Of a stretch of DNA of 64,000 nt, positions 52,774 to 64,000 are shown piece by piece. The notes below the pieces were generated by a model. That model searched no databases and had not been told where the DNA came from. It was given only the letters and a program-made list of their open reading frames with translations. The first letter of the stretch is position 1, and the number at the start of each line of letters is the position of its first letter. A program made the position numbers and the translations under genes. The DNA comes from Octopus vulgaris (lineage: Eukaryota). Location: the NCBI GenBank assembly GCA_951406725.2, contig OX597822.1, positions 60,264,001 to 60,328,000 on the forward strand, in the 5' to 3' direction.

Positions 52774-53454
52774 CATACATACATACATACATACATACAT
52801 GCTGCCTAAATACCAATCTTGAGAAATTAAGCTTCTCAAAACCAGAAAGGGGAAAGCTAATTCGAAGACTACAGATCCAATCCATCAATGGAACTGTAAA
52901 AATATGTAAAACTTTCCTGAAGTTTATCAATTGAATATATATGAGCATGATTGGATGTGCAACTATACGCATGAGAATACATACATAAAACAAAACATAC
53001 AAATCTGCACAATACATACATGTATATATGCACATATACATATACATACATATGTATATATATTTGTATGTATGTATGTATGTATGTATGTATGTATGTA
53101 TATTTTTATATTGTATATTCGGCTATTACCAGTCAAATCGACTAAACTCTCTCACTCCTATTTCAACCACTTCTGTCCTCCCTCTGTGTGTGTGTCTACA
53201 CACGCACAGACATGCATGTAAATATGCGTGTATGCTTACACACATCTACACACTATTTTGCTTCAGTATCGAAACTGATTGCCCTCTCGTGTATATTCCT
53301 TGCTGTGGTCAGTTTGGTGGAACAAAATATAGTTAATGCTTGTGATAGCAGATTTTAGACAAATGTGGTAATCTCACATAGTCTGACGTCACAGATAGCC
53401 GTTTCACTTCTTTTGAATCTTTTAATCCATGTATGTTAGTCTTACGTGAAGAAC

Positions 53455-53556
53455 CACAACCAACACCACCACCATCACCAACACCACCAGCACCCTCACA
53501 ACATCCACTACCACTCTATTCGTCTTTCTCGCCACCTCCACCTCATCATCGTCAAT

Positions 53557-53599
<43 letters not shown>

Positions 53600-54040
53600 C
53601 CATCATCGTCATCATCGTCGTCGTCGTCATCATCATCATCATCATCATCGTCATCATCATCATTCATACCATTCTCCAACACATCATCATCACCATCATC
53701 TTCAAAGTCATCATCGTCATCGCCGTGATCGTCATCATTATCAACATCATCCTTCTCCTCCTTCTCACTTCTTCTTCTTCCTGCCCCTCTTCCTCCTCCT
53801 TCTCCTCATCACCATTATTCTCATCACCACCACCACCTCCACCACCAATCACCAAAACCACCACCACCACCACCACCACAACCACCACCACCACCCCACC
53901 CCAACTGCTACCACTACAACCACCACCGATATCGACATTGCAGCTGCCGCCGCCGTCATCCTCCTCTTCCAAATTATCATCATCATCAGCAGCAGCAGCA
54001 GCATCGTCATCAGCATCAGCATTACCACCACCATCAAAGT
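53455..54040. repeat. Compound trinucleotide low-complexity tract (CAT/CGT/CAC/CTT/CAG)n
   Basis: Period-3 simple repeats that leave several frames open on both strands. Confidence 0.9.
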
Positions 54041-54776
54041 CTTCGATAATTGAAAGCATCTGTGGATCTCCTGCTCTGGTTTGTCAGTGATAATAGTATC
54101 TACATCAGTCGTAGCAGAGTTTGGTAATCTTTGTCGACGCTTTAAAAGTACACAGCAACAAATACTTCTTTCTTTATTGTTTTTTTTAATCTTTTTTTTT
54201 TTTACTGTTGTTATGATATTTGTGGTTCTTCATGTTACCGTTGTTGTTATCTTAGTTATTATTGCCAGTCTATTATTATTATTATTTTATTTTATTTTAT
54301 TTTTTTATTATTTTATTTGGATCAGTTACGATTTGTAAATAATTCATGCAGTGTTTTCATTCAGTCATCACAGAGAACCACTATGGAACGTTAAATTGTT
54401 TCTACCCTGGAATTGTTCAGTCTTCCCACTCTCACAAACCTAAAGGATTTAGAACATTTAGTTTGGCAAATTTTATTTAGCTTTCACAATCTAATATCTT
54501 CCCTTTCTTTTCTTTACCTCATTGACTGTTTTACCTGTGCCCTAGGTAAACGGGTTCAGTTAGTGCAAGGTACCCGGCTCCAGATATATCTCATTAAGAT
54601 ATGAGCTGACGACTCCTCTGTCGAAAAGACATCAGTTCATATATTCGGCCATTGCCTGTCATATCGTCTAAACTCTCTTACTTAACCAATTCTGTGTGTG
54701 TGTGTGTACATATATACAAGTGTATATATGTATAGATAGACAGATGGGTATATATGTGTGTATGTATGTAAACACA

Positions 54777-54836
<60 letters not shown>

Positions 54837-55576
54837 CCAGAGGCGACTTCAGGTCAACAGCGGCACTCGGGCTTGTCATAGATTTCGGATAAAACACATG
54901 CCTACTCGAAAATTTCACGTTTTCCCGCTTTATTTCTAGCTCCAAATGGCTTGTTTTTCATATCTAGCGCTATGTCTTTCTACATTTCTAAGTTAAGGCT
55001 AAAAATAAAGCAACCCTGCAAGACACAACTGATCTGTACACACAGAGACACAGAATAGCAACAATGAAACGAGGACAGCAGAGTGCTCAGCAAACATCAC
55101 CGATCTGACTGTCATCTCTTGACAAGAGCTGCCACTTAGTCTTTTACACTCACCAGGCTCGTTCGTATTAACTCGAGTTGCTTGATAATTTTTCGTTCCT
55201 TTAAGAATATTGTAGAAGGGAAACTTTCCATAGATTGCAATTTAAATTCTAATCTCTATACAAATTTACTGTTTCAAGAAAACATTCAATTCGAATTTCT
55301 TTTAATTTTTTCGATTATTGATAACAACTCGGGCTGTAACTTCTAAGCCCGAGTCAGGCGCGTCTGAACAATGTCGAGAGAACGTCTGCTATGAATGATA
55401 TTTTTTGACACAGGGCACCCCTAAAGACGACTGCCAGACGCTAAATGAAAATAAAAGGAGCCAGAATTATTGGCTGCAATTACATATTTGAAGTCAGTGT
55501 TGCAAATACACGTTCACTTTACTAAATTTATACTTGGAATAAGTTCGAACAGCCCGGGTACTGAAGTCGCCGCTGG
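54837..55576. mobile_element. 740-bp non-autonomous TIR element
   Basis: CCAGAGGCGACTTCAG and CTGAAGTCGCCGCTGG (15 of 16 match), TA on both sides, no ORF. Confidence 0.72.
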
Positions 55577-55589
55577 TATTCTTTTATGC

Positions 55590-56004
55590 TATTGTTCTTT
55601 TACTTGTTTCAGTCATTTGAGTGCGGCCATGCTGGAGCGCCGCATTTAGCCGAACAAATTGACCCCAGAACTTATTCTTTGTAAGTCTAGTACTTATTCG
55701 ATCGGTCCCTTTTTGTCGAACCGCTGGTTTACGGGGACGCAAATACACCAACTTCGGTTGTCAAGCGATGGTGGGGGTACAAACACAGACACACAAACAT
55801 ATAAATAACGGGCTTCTTTCAGTTTCCGTCTATCAAATCCACTCACAAAGCTTTGGTTGGCCCGAGGCTATAGCAGAAGACACTTGCCTAAGGTGCCATG
55901 TAGCGGGGCTGAACCCGGAAACATGTGGTTTCTAAGCAAGCTACTTACCACACAACTATACACACCTATACATATATAGTACATAGTATATATAAACGAA
56001 AAGA

Positions 56005-56048
<44 letters not shown>

Positions 56049-56314
56049 TATTTTCGTTTATTCTTTTGTTTCAGTCATTTGACTGTTGCCATGCTGGATC
56101 ACCGCTTAAAGGGTGTTAGTCGAAGACCCAAGGACTTATTCTTTGTAAGCCTAGTACTTATTCTATCGGTCTTTTTGGCCGAACTGCTAGATTACAGGGA
56201 CGTAAACACACCAACGTCGGTTGTCAAGCGATGATGGTGCTGGGTGGGGGGACGACAAACACGGACACACAAATACATACATACAGACATATATACATAT
56301 ATACATATATACAT

Positions 56315-56358
<44 letters not shown>

Positions 56359-56556
56359 TTACGACGGGATTCTTTCAGTTTCCGTCCACCAAATCCACTT
56401 AGAAGGTTTTGGTTGGCCCGAGGCTATATTAGAAGACACTTGCCCAAAGTGCTATGCAGTGGGTCTGAACTCAGAGCCCTGTGCCTAGGAAAACAAACAT
56501 TTCCCACACAGCCACTCCTGCGCCTATACACACACACACACACATATATATATATA

Positions 56557-56628
<72 letters not shown>

Positions 56629-56701
56629 CTATGTGTATGGGTGCATATATATTTATATACATGTATGTGTGCATACTCACGTGTGCATCTTTGTGTATGG
56701 A

Positions 56702-56766
<65 letters not shown>

Positions 56767-56980
56767 TTGTCCCCCACCAGCACCACCATCACTTGTCAAC
56801 CGATGTTGACGTGTTTACGTCCCCATAACGTAGCAGTTCGCTAAAATAGACCGATAGAATAAGTACTAGGCTTACAAAGAATAAGTTCTGGGGTCGATTT
56901 GCTCGACTAAAGGCGGTGCTCCAGCACGGCCGCAGACAAATGACTGAAACAAGTAAATGAGTAAAAGAGTAAAAGAATAA
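55590..56980. mobile_element. Three family A SINEs: 55590-55955 (-), 56060-56525 (-), 56760-56980 (+, 3' half)
   Basis: Standard family A body and tail motifs. Confidence 0.88.
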
Positions 56981-57795
56981 AACCACCCCAAAAATACTAT
57001 TATGTACACTGAAAATTCAGCTTTGCACGTCTTCTACAGCAATGGACAGCGTCTTCGTGGTTGTTTCTTCAGCAGCAGTATCACCGCTACCACGACCGTC
57101 AGTGAAAAAAAAAAAAAAACAACAGCAGACTTCTGCAGTTAGTTATATAACTTGTCCAAATGTTTATTTCTATCTTTCTTTCTTTTTTATCAATTATGTT
57201 ATATTTATTTATTTCTGAATGATATCCCGCAATTGAGAGTAGCACGAGTGAGAGAAATAGATAAGAGAAGCCCTCTCCTGTGTCGATTAATGTAACATAA
57301 GCTGGGTAAATCACTAAGTGCTGTAAATAGCATCAAACCTGAATAAATGTATGTCATGAAACTGATATAGAATCAGATTTACTGTATTACAGTTTCCCCC
57401 ACCCTTCCACTGTTAGTGTTCCCCTTAATATCATCTGCTAGTTTATCAATTCCTTCGTACCCCTAGCACGTTCCTCCACTCACTGCTACCATTAACATTC
57501 GACCATATCAAAGGATGTACTGGCATTACCCTTCTGCATTGTTCTATCAAACACCTTGAGAATTGTAGCTGCTCAAGACGATAAGGTGTCGATTTACAAG
57601 TTATTGTGAATGCATTCTTGTTGTAAAATAGCTTTATCGCTAGCCCCAATAGCCTGTAGACCCGGAACGAGCATTGAGAACACACACTTTGTTTATCCTG
57701 TATTGATTCAGTAACGTCCCTATAATCCAAATCAATTATGACTTTATTTACATTATTTACATTTGACGATATTTGTCCTCATCTTGTTTGTTGTT

Positions 57796-57841
57796 AACAC
57801 AACGTTTCGGCTGATATACCCTCCAGCCTTCATCAGGTATC
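57796..57841 (-). ncRNA. Minimal type I hammerhead ribozyme motif downstream of the tRNA-like head
   Basis: Minus strand GATAC-CTGATGA-A-GGCTG-GAGGGTATAT-CAGCC-GAAA-CGTT-GTGTT. Confidence 0.8.
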
Positions 57842-57899
57842 TTGGGGAAATTTCGAACCTGGGTTCTCATTCCTAAGGTATTTTTCGATGTTGCTGTTG

Positions 57900-57970
<71 letters not shown>

Positions 57971-57974
<4 letters not shown>

Positions 57975-58044
57975 TTACTACCTGGAATCGAACTCGGAAT
58001 CTTGGGGTTAGTAGCCCGTGCTCTTAACCACTACGCCATATGCC
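57971..58044 (-). other. tRNA-derived Pol III head (pseudo-tRNA, not a functional tRNA)
   Basis: GGCATATGGCGTAGTGGTTAAGAGCACGGGCTACTAACCCCAAGATTCCGAGTTCGATTCCAGG: A box TGGCGTAGTGG, GGG-CTACTAA-CCC anticodon-like arm, B box AGTTCGATTCC; acceptor stem pairs poorly. Confidence 0.78.
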
Positions 58045-58050
58045 TGAATG

Positions 58051-58120
<70 letters not shown>

Positions 58121-58169
58121 TATCGAAAAATACCTTAGGAATGAGAACCCAGGTTTGAAATTTCCCCAA

Positions 58170-58215
58170 GACACCTGATGAAGGCTGGAGGGTATATCAG
58201 CCGAAACGTTGTGTT
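58170..58215 (+). ncRNA. Minimal type I hammerhead ribozyme motif
   Basis: Stem I GACAC/GTGTT; CTGATGA 58175-58181; stem II GGCTG/CAGCC; GAAA 58203-58206; palindromic AACGTT; predicted GUU cleavage after 58210. Confidence 0.82.
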
Positions 58216-60293
58216 AACAACAAACAAGAGAGGACAAATATCCGTCAAATGTAAATAATGTAAATAATGTACATAATTCCTCATCTCTTAAATATAGTAC
58301 TGAATTATGATTTGTTCCCTGATTTGAACAGAATCCTAAGCATTCTGTACCTAGCGAATATTCGTGTTAATTACCGAATAAAATGTTGTTTGTCAAGCAT
58401 TGACATCCAGTGGATTCTACTCATACTGACTTTTTGCTGAGTAACTGGAACCTGAGCCATAAGGAACGATACATAAGAACACCATTCTTCATATGTGTGT
58501 CAGTTTCTGATCGTTCTAACATTCACTAGACAAAGTCATATTGTCTTTATTATGGATATATTCGTCTATGGATTGTTGAAATAATATAAGCAATACAAGA
58601 CTATCAGGTAAAAAGAATTCAGTAGTTAGTATCATGTTAACATCACTATTTTATGCCTGCGGTGCTGACATGAATTTGTGGTTGAGACGCTCACTTTAAA
58701 ATTACGCATATTTAGGTTCGATCTTACTTCATAACAGCTTTCTCAAATGTCGTCTATGTTAATCGGTTTTCTGAATTTAATTTGACACACAGAAATTGTT
58801 TGAAAGATTTATAGAAGATCGTCGGGGGGACCATACTTTTCCTGAGTAATAGAATTAATCAGTCGTCGAGTTTAGTTTCATCACCTTGCCGTTGGGTACC
58901 TTCATAAAGTCAATTTTATTGTAAGTATTTAGGCAAAATATCTTATTTGAGGGTAGTTTCCTCTCCCCACCGTTAGTTTCAGAGACCATGAAAAGTGTCA
59001 TAGACTGCTCTTTCTTTTGACTAAAATATTAAAGGCAAAAAAGACATTTAACTCTCAAACGACCTAATTCCCATTGTAGGAAGTGTTTACACTGTAAGCA
59101 TTCACCAGTCGTTTGTTTGTAAGCGTAACTAGAGAAAAGTTGATATGCATTAGTTGTACCCGATAAATCAGCGAGATCGACGATCCACTGGTGTATAACT
59201 CTGGTCATTATATTAAAAAAGCTCTAAGGCTTGTTAGTCAGACGAATTGATTAGGAAATAAAGATTCTTCTGAGATCCCGATTGGCCAGATATTGAATGG
59301 TGAATTGCAACGAGAAGTGAGTTTGATTTTTGGTAACTATGGACATGTTTCGGTATTATTAGACCACATCAGTGACACATTTGTTTCGGTGTTTCAATCA
59401 AATGAAAGAGATATCCTTATTAATTACACAATGCTTTGACAATTATTTATTTTGTCATTTTATTTAGTAGTTTAGGTTGTTATTATAGTTTCCGTTTCAT
59501 CAAAGAAGATAAAAGCAAACATACAGAGTTCCTCTATAAGGTTGTGCGCCTCCTGCTTAGGAATGGCAGCTAAAAACGCAGCCTGCACTGGATAATAGAG
59601 TCATAGCTTGAACGCCTTTAATAATTGATATGCCCTATCAAGGCTGACCTGAATCTAAACTGCAATAACAACTGTGTTAATAAACTGAACTAGATATTTT
59701 ACAAGCATATTTCAAGAGGTCGCCTCTTTGTGTTGCCACTTATCCTATTTGTGAACTCCTTAAGCATTCCTGTCAATGCTGAACCGATAGTACTTGGTCT
59801 ACTTAACAACGGAGAGGGGTAACAACATCATCAATGGTTATGTAGATTTAAAGCAATATTTGGACAGAGAATAAATTGTTGCCTCCTCAGTTATGGATGT
59901 TTTCAATGTTTCTACTTTATGGAAGACTTATGTTCGTTAGGAAGGCTGCAATGGTTGGATATTGATGAGACTGTGTGCGGAAAGATAGTAAAGAAGGGTG
60001 AGGCTGTCATCTGTATAGCAGAGTATAAAGACAGATAAAAGGAGTAGCTTGTTAAAGTAGGTGTAAAGGAATAGAAAATAACTGATTGCTGTGGTACACT
60101 CAACCTGAGATAGCAAGCATCAAAGCAAATGTCGCCAACACATGTTGAGACAGATTAATCTAACTGACGGATCGGTTATCAACTGGCGGAAATCATATAC
60201 ACATGCACACATATATACATACATACATACATACATGCATACATACATACATACATATATACATACATACATACATACATACATGCATGCATG

Positions 60294-60331
<38 letters not shown>

Positions 60332-60335
60332 TGTA

Positions 60336-60385
<50 letters not shown>

Positions 60386-60387
60386 TG

Positions 60388-60461
<74 letters not shown>

Positions 60462-61583
60462 AAAGAGTTTTATCAGAAGACTTTTGAACCTTTGAACATT
60501 ACCTAGGCTATGTTTGATGCCGAGAAAAACAAATTTGCTCGCATCAAAGGTCTCAAGGGCTAGAGACCTTTCGAGCGTGGTCAGGGAGAATAGAAACTCA
60601 ATCAAGGTGATTGTTGATAGCATAATGTAAGCTACGTAGAAGCGCTGATGATAGGACATTATATAACGGACCCATGATGTTGATATCTGCACTAAGAAAG
60701 GGTTAATATCTTTATCATTTCATGAAATTATCTTTATGTAACTATTTACAGTACACAGGCTCGAATCTTATGCTATCTTCCCTAATACCGTTTTTCTCTC
60801 ATCCTTCACTATCTTTCTGTGTCCTTGACCGCGTCTTTCTGTCTCTTCGCTTCTGCGATTGGCAATATTTCTTATATTATCTTTAGATCTTACACTGATT
60901 TATATATATTGTCTAATTCCTCTGTAACTTGAACCCATTCTATTCACTAAAACGAATCAACTACTGGTATTACCATTCCTTACAACATGTATCTTATTAC
61001 ATATCTTATCATCTTTTATATTCTGCCTCAAGAATGCACCAAAGTATCCAATATCAATCAGTCTCTTCCCTTTCTCTCTCATTCTTACAAAATAGCTATA
61101 ATGCGCCTAAAACACCTTGCAGCATATGAAATGTTCTAGTATTGTAATAGAAGTCCTTCAATGTTACTATTCAAGGACAATTGATAATAAAAGATGGTAA
61201 AATCGCTTTGAGCTAGTCAAAAAAGATATATACATAATGAGGGAGCTAACTTGTAGGATTCTACCAAGTGATGAGAGAATTTAGACAAAATCTATGAACG
61301 CTAAGAAGGGTGCCGTTTATTATTAGTATTATTTTGTTTATTCTATCCACTTTCACTTGTTCTTTTTTTATTTGCGAATTTCTCTGGTAAAATTGGTTAT
61401 GGAGACAATGTCTTTGATCTTGGACCGAATAGGCTTCACCTTCAAATGAATTATTTTACATACAGTAGACGAATACAGAGGGACAGGAGTACGTATGATA
61501 TTTCTATTTGTGATAGAAGAATATTGAGACTGAAGTGTATATATTATACAGTGGGCTATATTTATATATAATATACATTCCAA

Positions 61584-61789
61584 TATAGGCTTAAGGCCTG
61601 AAATTTGAGGATGTGGGTAGTCGAGTACATCGATCCCAGTGTTTGACTGGTGCTGATTTTATCAGCCCCGAAAGGATGAAAGGCAAAGTCAACCTCGGGG
61701 GAGTTTCAATTCAGAATGCAAAGTCGGAAGAAATAAATATTTCTAAGCATTTTGTCTGGGTGGTAACGATTTTACCACCTCGCTGCCTT
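61584..61789 (-). mobile_element. Older family B SINE
   Basis: CCCCGAAAGGATGAAAGGCAAAGTCAACCTCGG body. Confidence 0.8.
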
Positions 61790-61798
61790 ATGTTTATA

Positions 61799-62349
61799 TC
61801 TCTATATATAAAGCTGAAGTTGTCTGTGTGTGTGGCGGGTTTGGTAGCCTTCAATTAACACTATCTCCTCCGAGACCCTGCGGCGCAAGTTGACCAAAAT
61901 TGAGAGTATGATAGAAAGCTTGCTCTTCATTCCGTAGAAGGAAAAAATCAAATCGGACCATGTTAGGACCAAAAGTTATTTACATCAAAAAGGTGCTTTT
62001 TTCTATGAAAATCCCTAATTTTTTACGATTTTTTGACTGCTATGTCGCCATTTTTCGGTGTATTTCAACCTTTAGTTTTCAAAAATTCCAATTCTAAAGG
62101 GTCACAACAAAACCGAGCAACGCCGAGCTATACTGCTAGTATACATATAAAGCTGAAGTTGTCTGTGTGTGTGTGTGTGTGTGTGGTAGGTTTGGTAGCC
62201 TTCAACTAACACTATCTCCTCCGAGACCCTGCGGCGCAAGTTGACCAGAATTAAGAGTATGATAGAAGAAAGCTTGCTCTTCATTCCGTAGAAGAAAAGA
62301 ATCAAATCGGACCATGTTAAGACCAAAAATTATTTACATCAAAAAGGTG
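61799..62349 (+). mobile_element. Non-autonomous Helitron-like element: one complete unit (61799-62139) plus a head-to-tail partial copy
   Basis: A|TC 5' end, TATATATAAAGCTGAAGTTGTCTG(TG)n, 3' CCGAGCAACGCCGAG...CTAG|T; the second unit starts straight after CTAG. Confidence 0.7.
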
Positions 62350-62969
62350 CCCACAAGAGGCTAAACACAGAGGGGACGAACAAGGACAGACAAACGGATT
62401 AAATCGATTACATCGACCCCAGTGCGTAACTGGTACTTAATTTATCGACCCTGAAAGGATGAAAGGAAAAGTCGACCTCGGCGGAATTTGAACTCAGAAC
62501 ATAAAGACAGATGAAATACCGCTAAGCTTTTCGCCCGGCGTGCTAACGTTTCTTATTTCTCTATTGCCCACAAGGGGCTAAACACAGACAGGACAAACAA
62601 GGACAGACAAAGGGATTAAGTCGATTACATCGACTCCAGTGCGTAACTGGTACTTAATTTATAGACCCCGAAAGGATGAAAGGCAAAGTCAATCTCGGCA
62701 GAATTTGAACTCAGAATTTAACGGCTGACGAAATACCTATTTCTTTACTACCCACAAGGGGCTAAACACAGAGAGGACAAACAAGGACAGACACACGAAT
62801 TAAGTCGATAATATCGACCCCAGTGCGTAACTAGTACTTATTTAATCGACTCCGTAAGGATGAAAGGCAAAGTCGACCTCGGCGGAATTTGAACTCAGAA
62901 CGTAACGGCAGACGAAATACCGCTAATCATTTCGCCAGGTGTACTAACGTTTCTGTCAGCTCGCCGCCT
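62349..62969 (-). mobile_element. Head-to-tail trimer of family B SINE
   Basis: Three units of about 200 bp, each CCCACAAG(A/G)GGCTAAACACAG...GAAATACC; only the right-most has a complete head. Confidence 0.88.
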
Positions 62970-63056
62970 TGCTCGTGGCCAGTATTATTATTGCACGAAC
63001 ACGCACACGCATACAGATGTACACACGTACAGTATGTGGACAGTATTATTATCGCG

Positions 63057-63097
<41 letters not shown>

Positions 63098-63545
63098 AGA
63101 TATACACGCATGCACATACAAGAAAAAAACAACAAGCACAACAACTCATATACAAGTAGAAATAACATTAGGCAAGTGAAGAATGGGTGTAAAATCATTC
63201 ACACATGACAAGTAAACATGAATTACAAACATGAATTTGACCAATTAGCTCCTTTTGCACCTCGTTATAGATTTCTTGTGAAGGAAACCATGACTAATTA
63301 TTTTACTCCCCAAACAACATCTACCGCTCCTCGCTCTCCTGTCTTGCAACCCCTCTTTGTTATCTCCCTTTCATTTTGTCCTCTCCTTTCTCCTTTTCTA
63401 TCTCTCTCTGCGCTGGTTTATTTCTCTATGAAGCTGCATTTTTATGGCTGTGTCATTTTTTTAATGACTTTTCGCAGAAGCAAAAGTATTTTGTTGCTCA
63501 TTGCTGTCTACACGCGTATGAATGTGTAATGGTAGTTACGCGTTT

Positions 63546-63585
<40 letters not shown>

Positions 63586-64000
63586 CGCTGTAATATGGTA
63601 GATACCTGGTATTTGAAGGTAAATATGCTAGATTACAATGGACAATGGTAATTCGAACACACTATACACCTTACTTTATGTTATAACTAATTAGGCAGTG
63701 AATGTACATAACACGTGTTGTAGCTTTTCACTGTATTTTCGCTGTTAGAACACCGTCTTCATGTAGGATGTAAACTGATCGAGGAGATAACATTGATTTA
63801 AAATGTGTAAATTATATGGTCACTACACTAATCAGCTGAGAATCTCGTTCGTCTCGTTTTTAATTTCGAGTTGTCTCCCTTATTGTTGTTCAGTTGACTT
63901 TAACCGTTATTTACCATTGTTTACCTTTCCTCGATATAGCTACACTCTCGATGAATTAAAGCTATTGTAAGCTATAAACGTTATTGTAAAGTTATAATAA

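Larger units (their letters stand above)
57742..58302. mobile_element. tRNA-headed, hammerhead-tailed SINE-like element in a Penelope-type inverted arrangement
   Basis: Inverted arms of about 150 bp (57744-57892 / 58118-58267), (ATT)n and (AAT)n inner linkers, central tRNA-like head, possible TSD AATTATGA at 57734-57741 and 58303-58310. Confidence 0.75.

Noticed and set aside
53422-54090. Poly-His, poly-Asp and poly-Ile ORFs of over 200 aa
   Set aside because: Trinucleotide low-complexity tract open in several frames on both strands; no credible splice sites or protein family.
57971-58044. Functional tRNA gene with ACT anticodon
   Set aside because: Acceptor and T stems pair poorly, there is no oligo-T terminator, and it is embedded in a repeat; treated as a SINE head.
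62349-62969. CRISPR-like regularly spaced repeats
   Set aside because: Units are whole SINE copies of about 200 bp with no unique spacers, in a eukaryotic context without cas genes.
31162-64000. Second exon of the PDZ gene; candidates after AG near 41076, 54545 and 59540
   Set aside because: Phase-0 translations hit early stops or lack the expected S-x-A...GL..GD.I..IN motif.

Overview
Repeat-saturated animal genomic DNA. The SINE families and the dense (TA)n/(CATA)n/(CA)n microsatellites suggest a coleoid cephalopod, probably Octopus (inference). Only one host exon is recognisable: a 195-nt first coding exon (30967-31161, +) of a PDZ-LIM/Zasp-type PDZ protein, with a candidate TATA-like/Inr promoter about 400 bp upstream. 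No second exon was recognised, so the remaining 33 kb is probably intron. The rest is transposon-derived: CR1-group, RTE and R4/Dong LINE pieces, a Penelope-like element (RT plus GIY-YIG), five mariner copies or remnants, Tigger-, hAT-, piggyBac- and Helitron-like non-autonomous elements, and at least five SINE-like families. Almost all short ORFs in the track are microsatellite artefacts. The main unexplained signal is a set of short, mostly microsatellite-embedded elements carrying type I hammerhead ribozyme motifs: 7 with intact cores plus several variant or degenerate ones. Several sit in recent, near-perfect inverted-repeat pairs of the kind left by Penelope pseudo-LTRs. One (57742-58302) has a tRNA-derived Pol III head joined through (AAT)n to a hammerhead tail, i.e. 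a candidate Penelope-mobilised ribozyme SINE. Another, next to the Penelope ORF, has a compensatory U3-A8 core. Coordinates were read by eye and repeat boundaries may be off by several bases.
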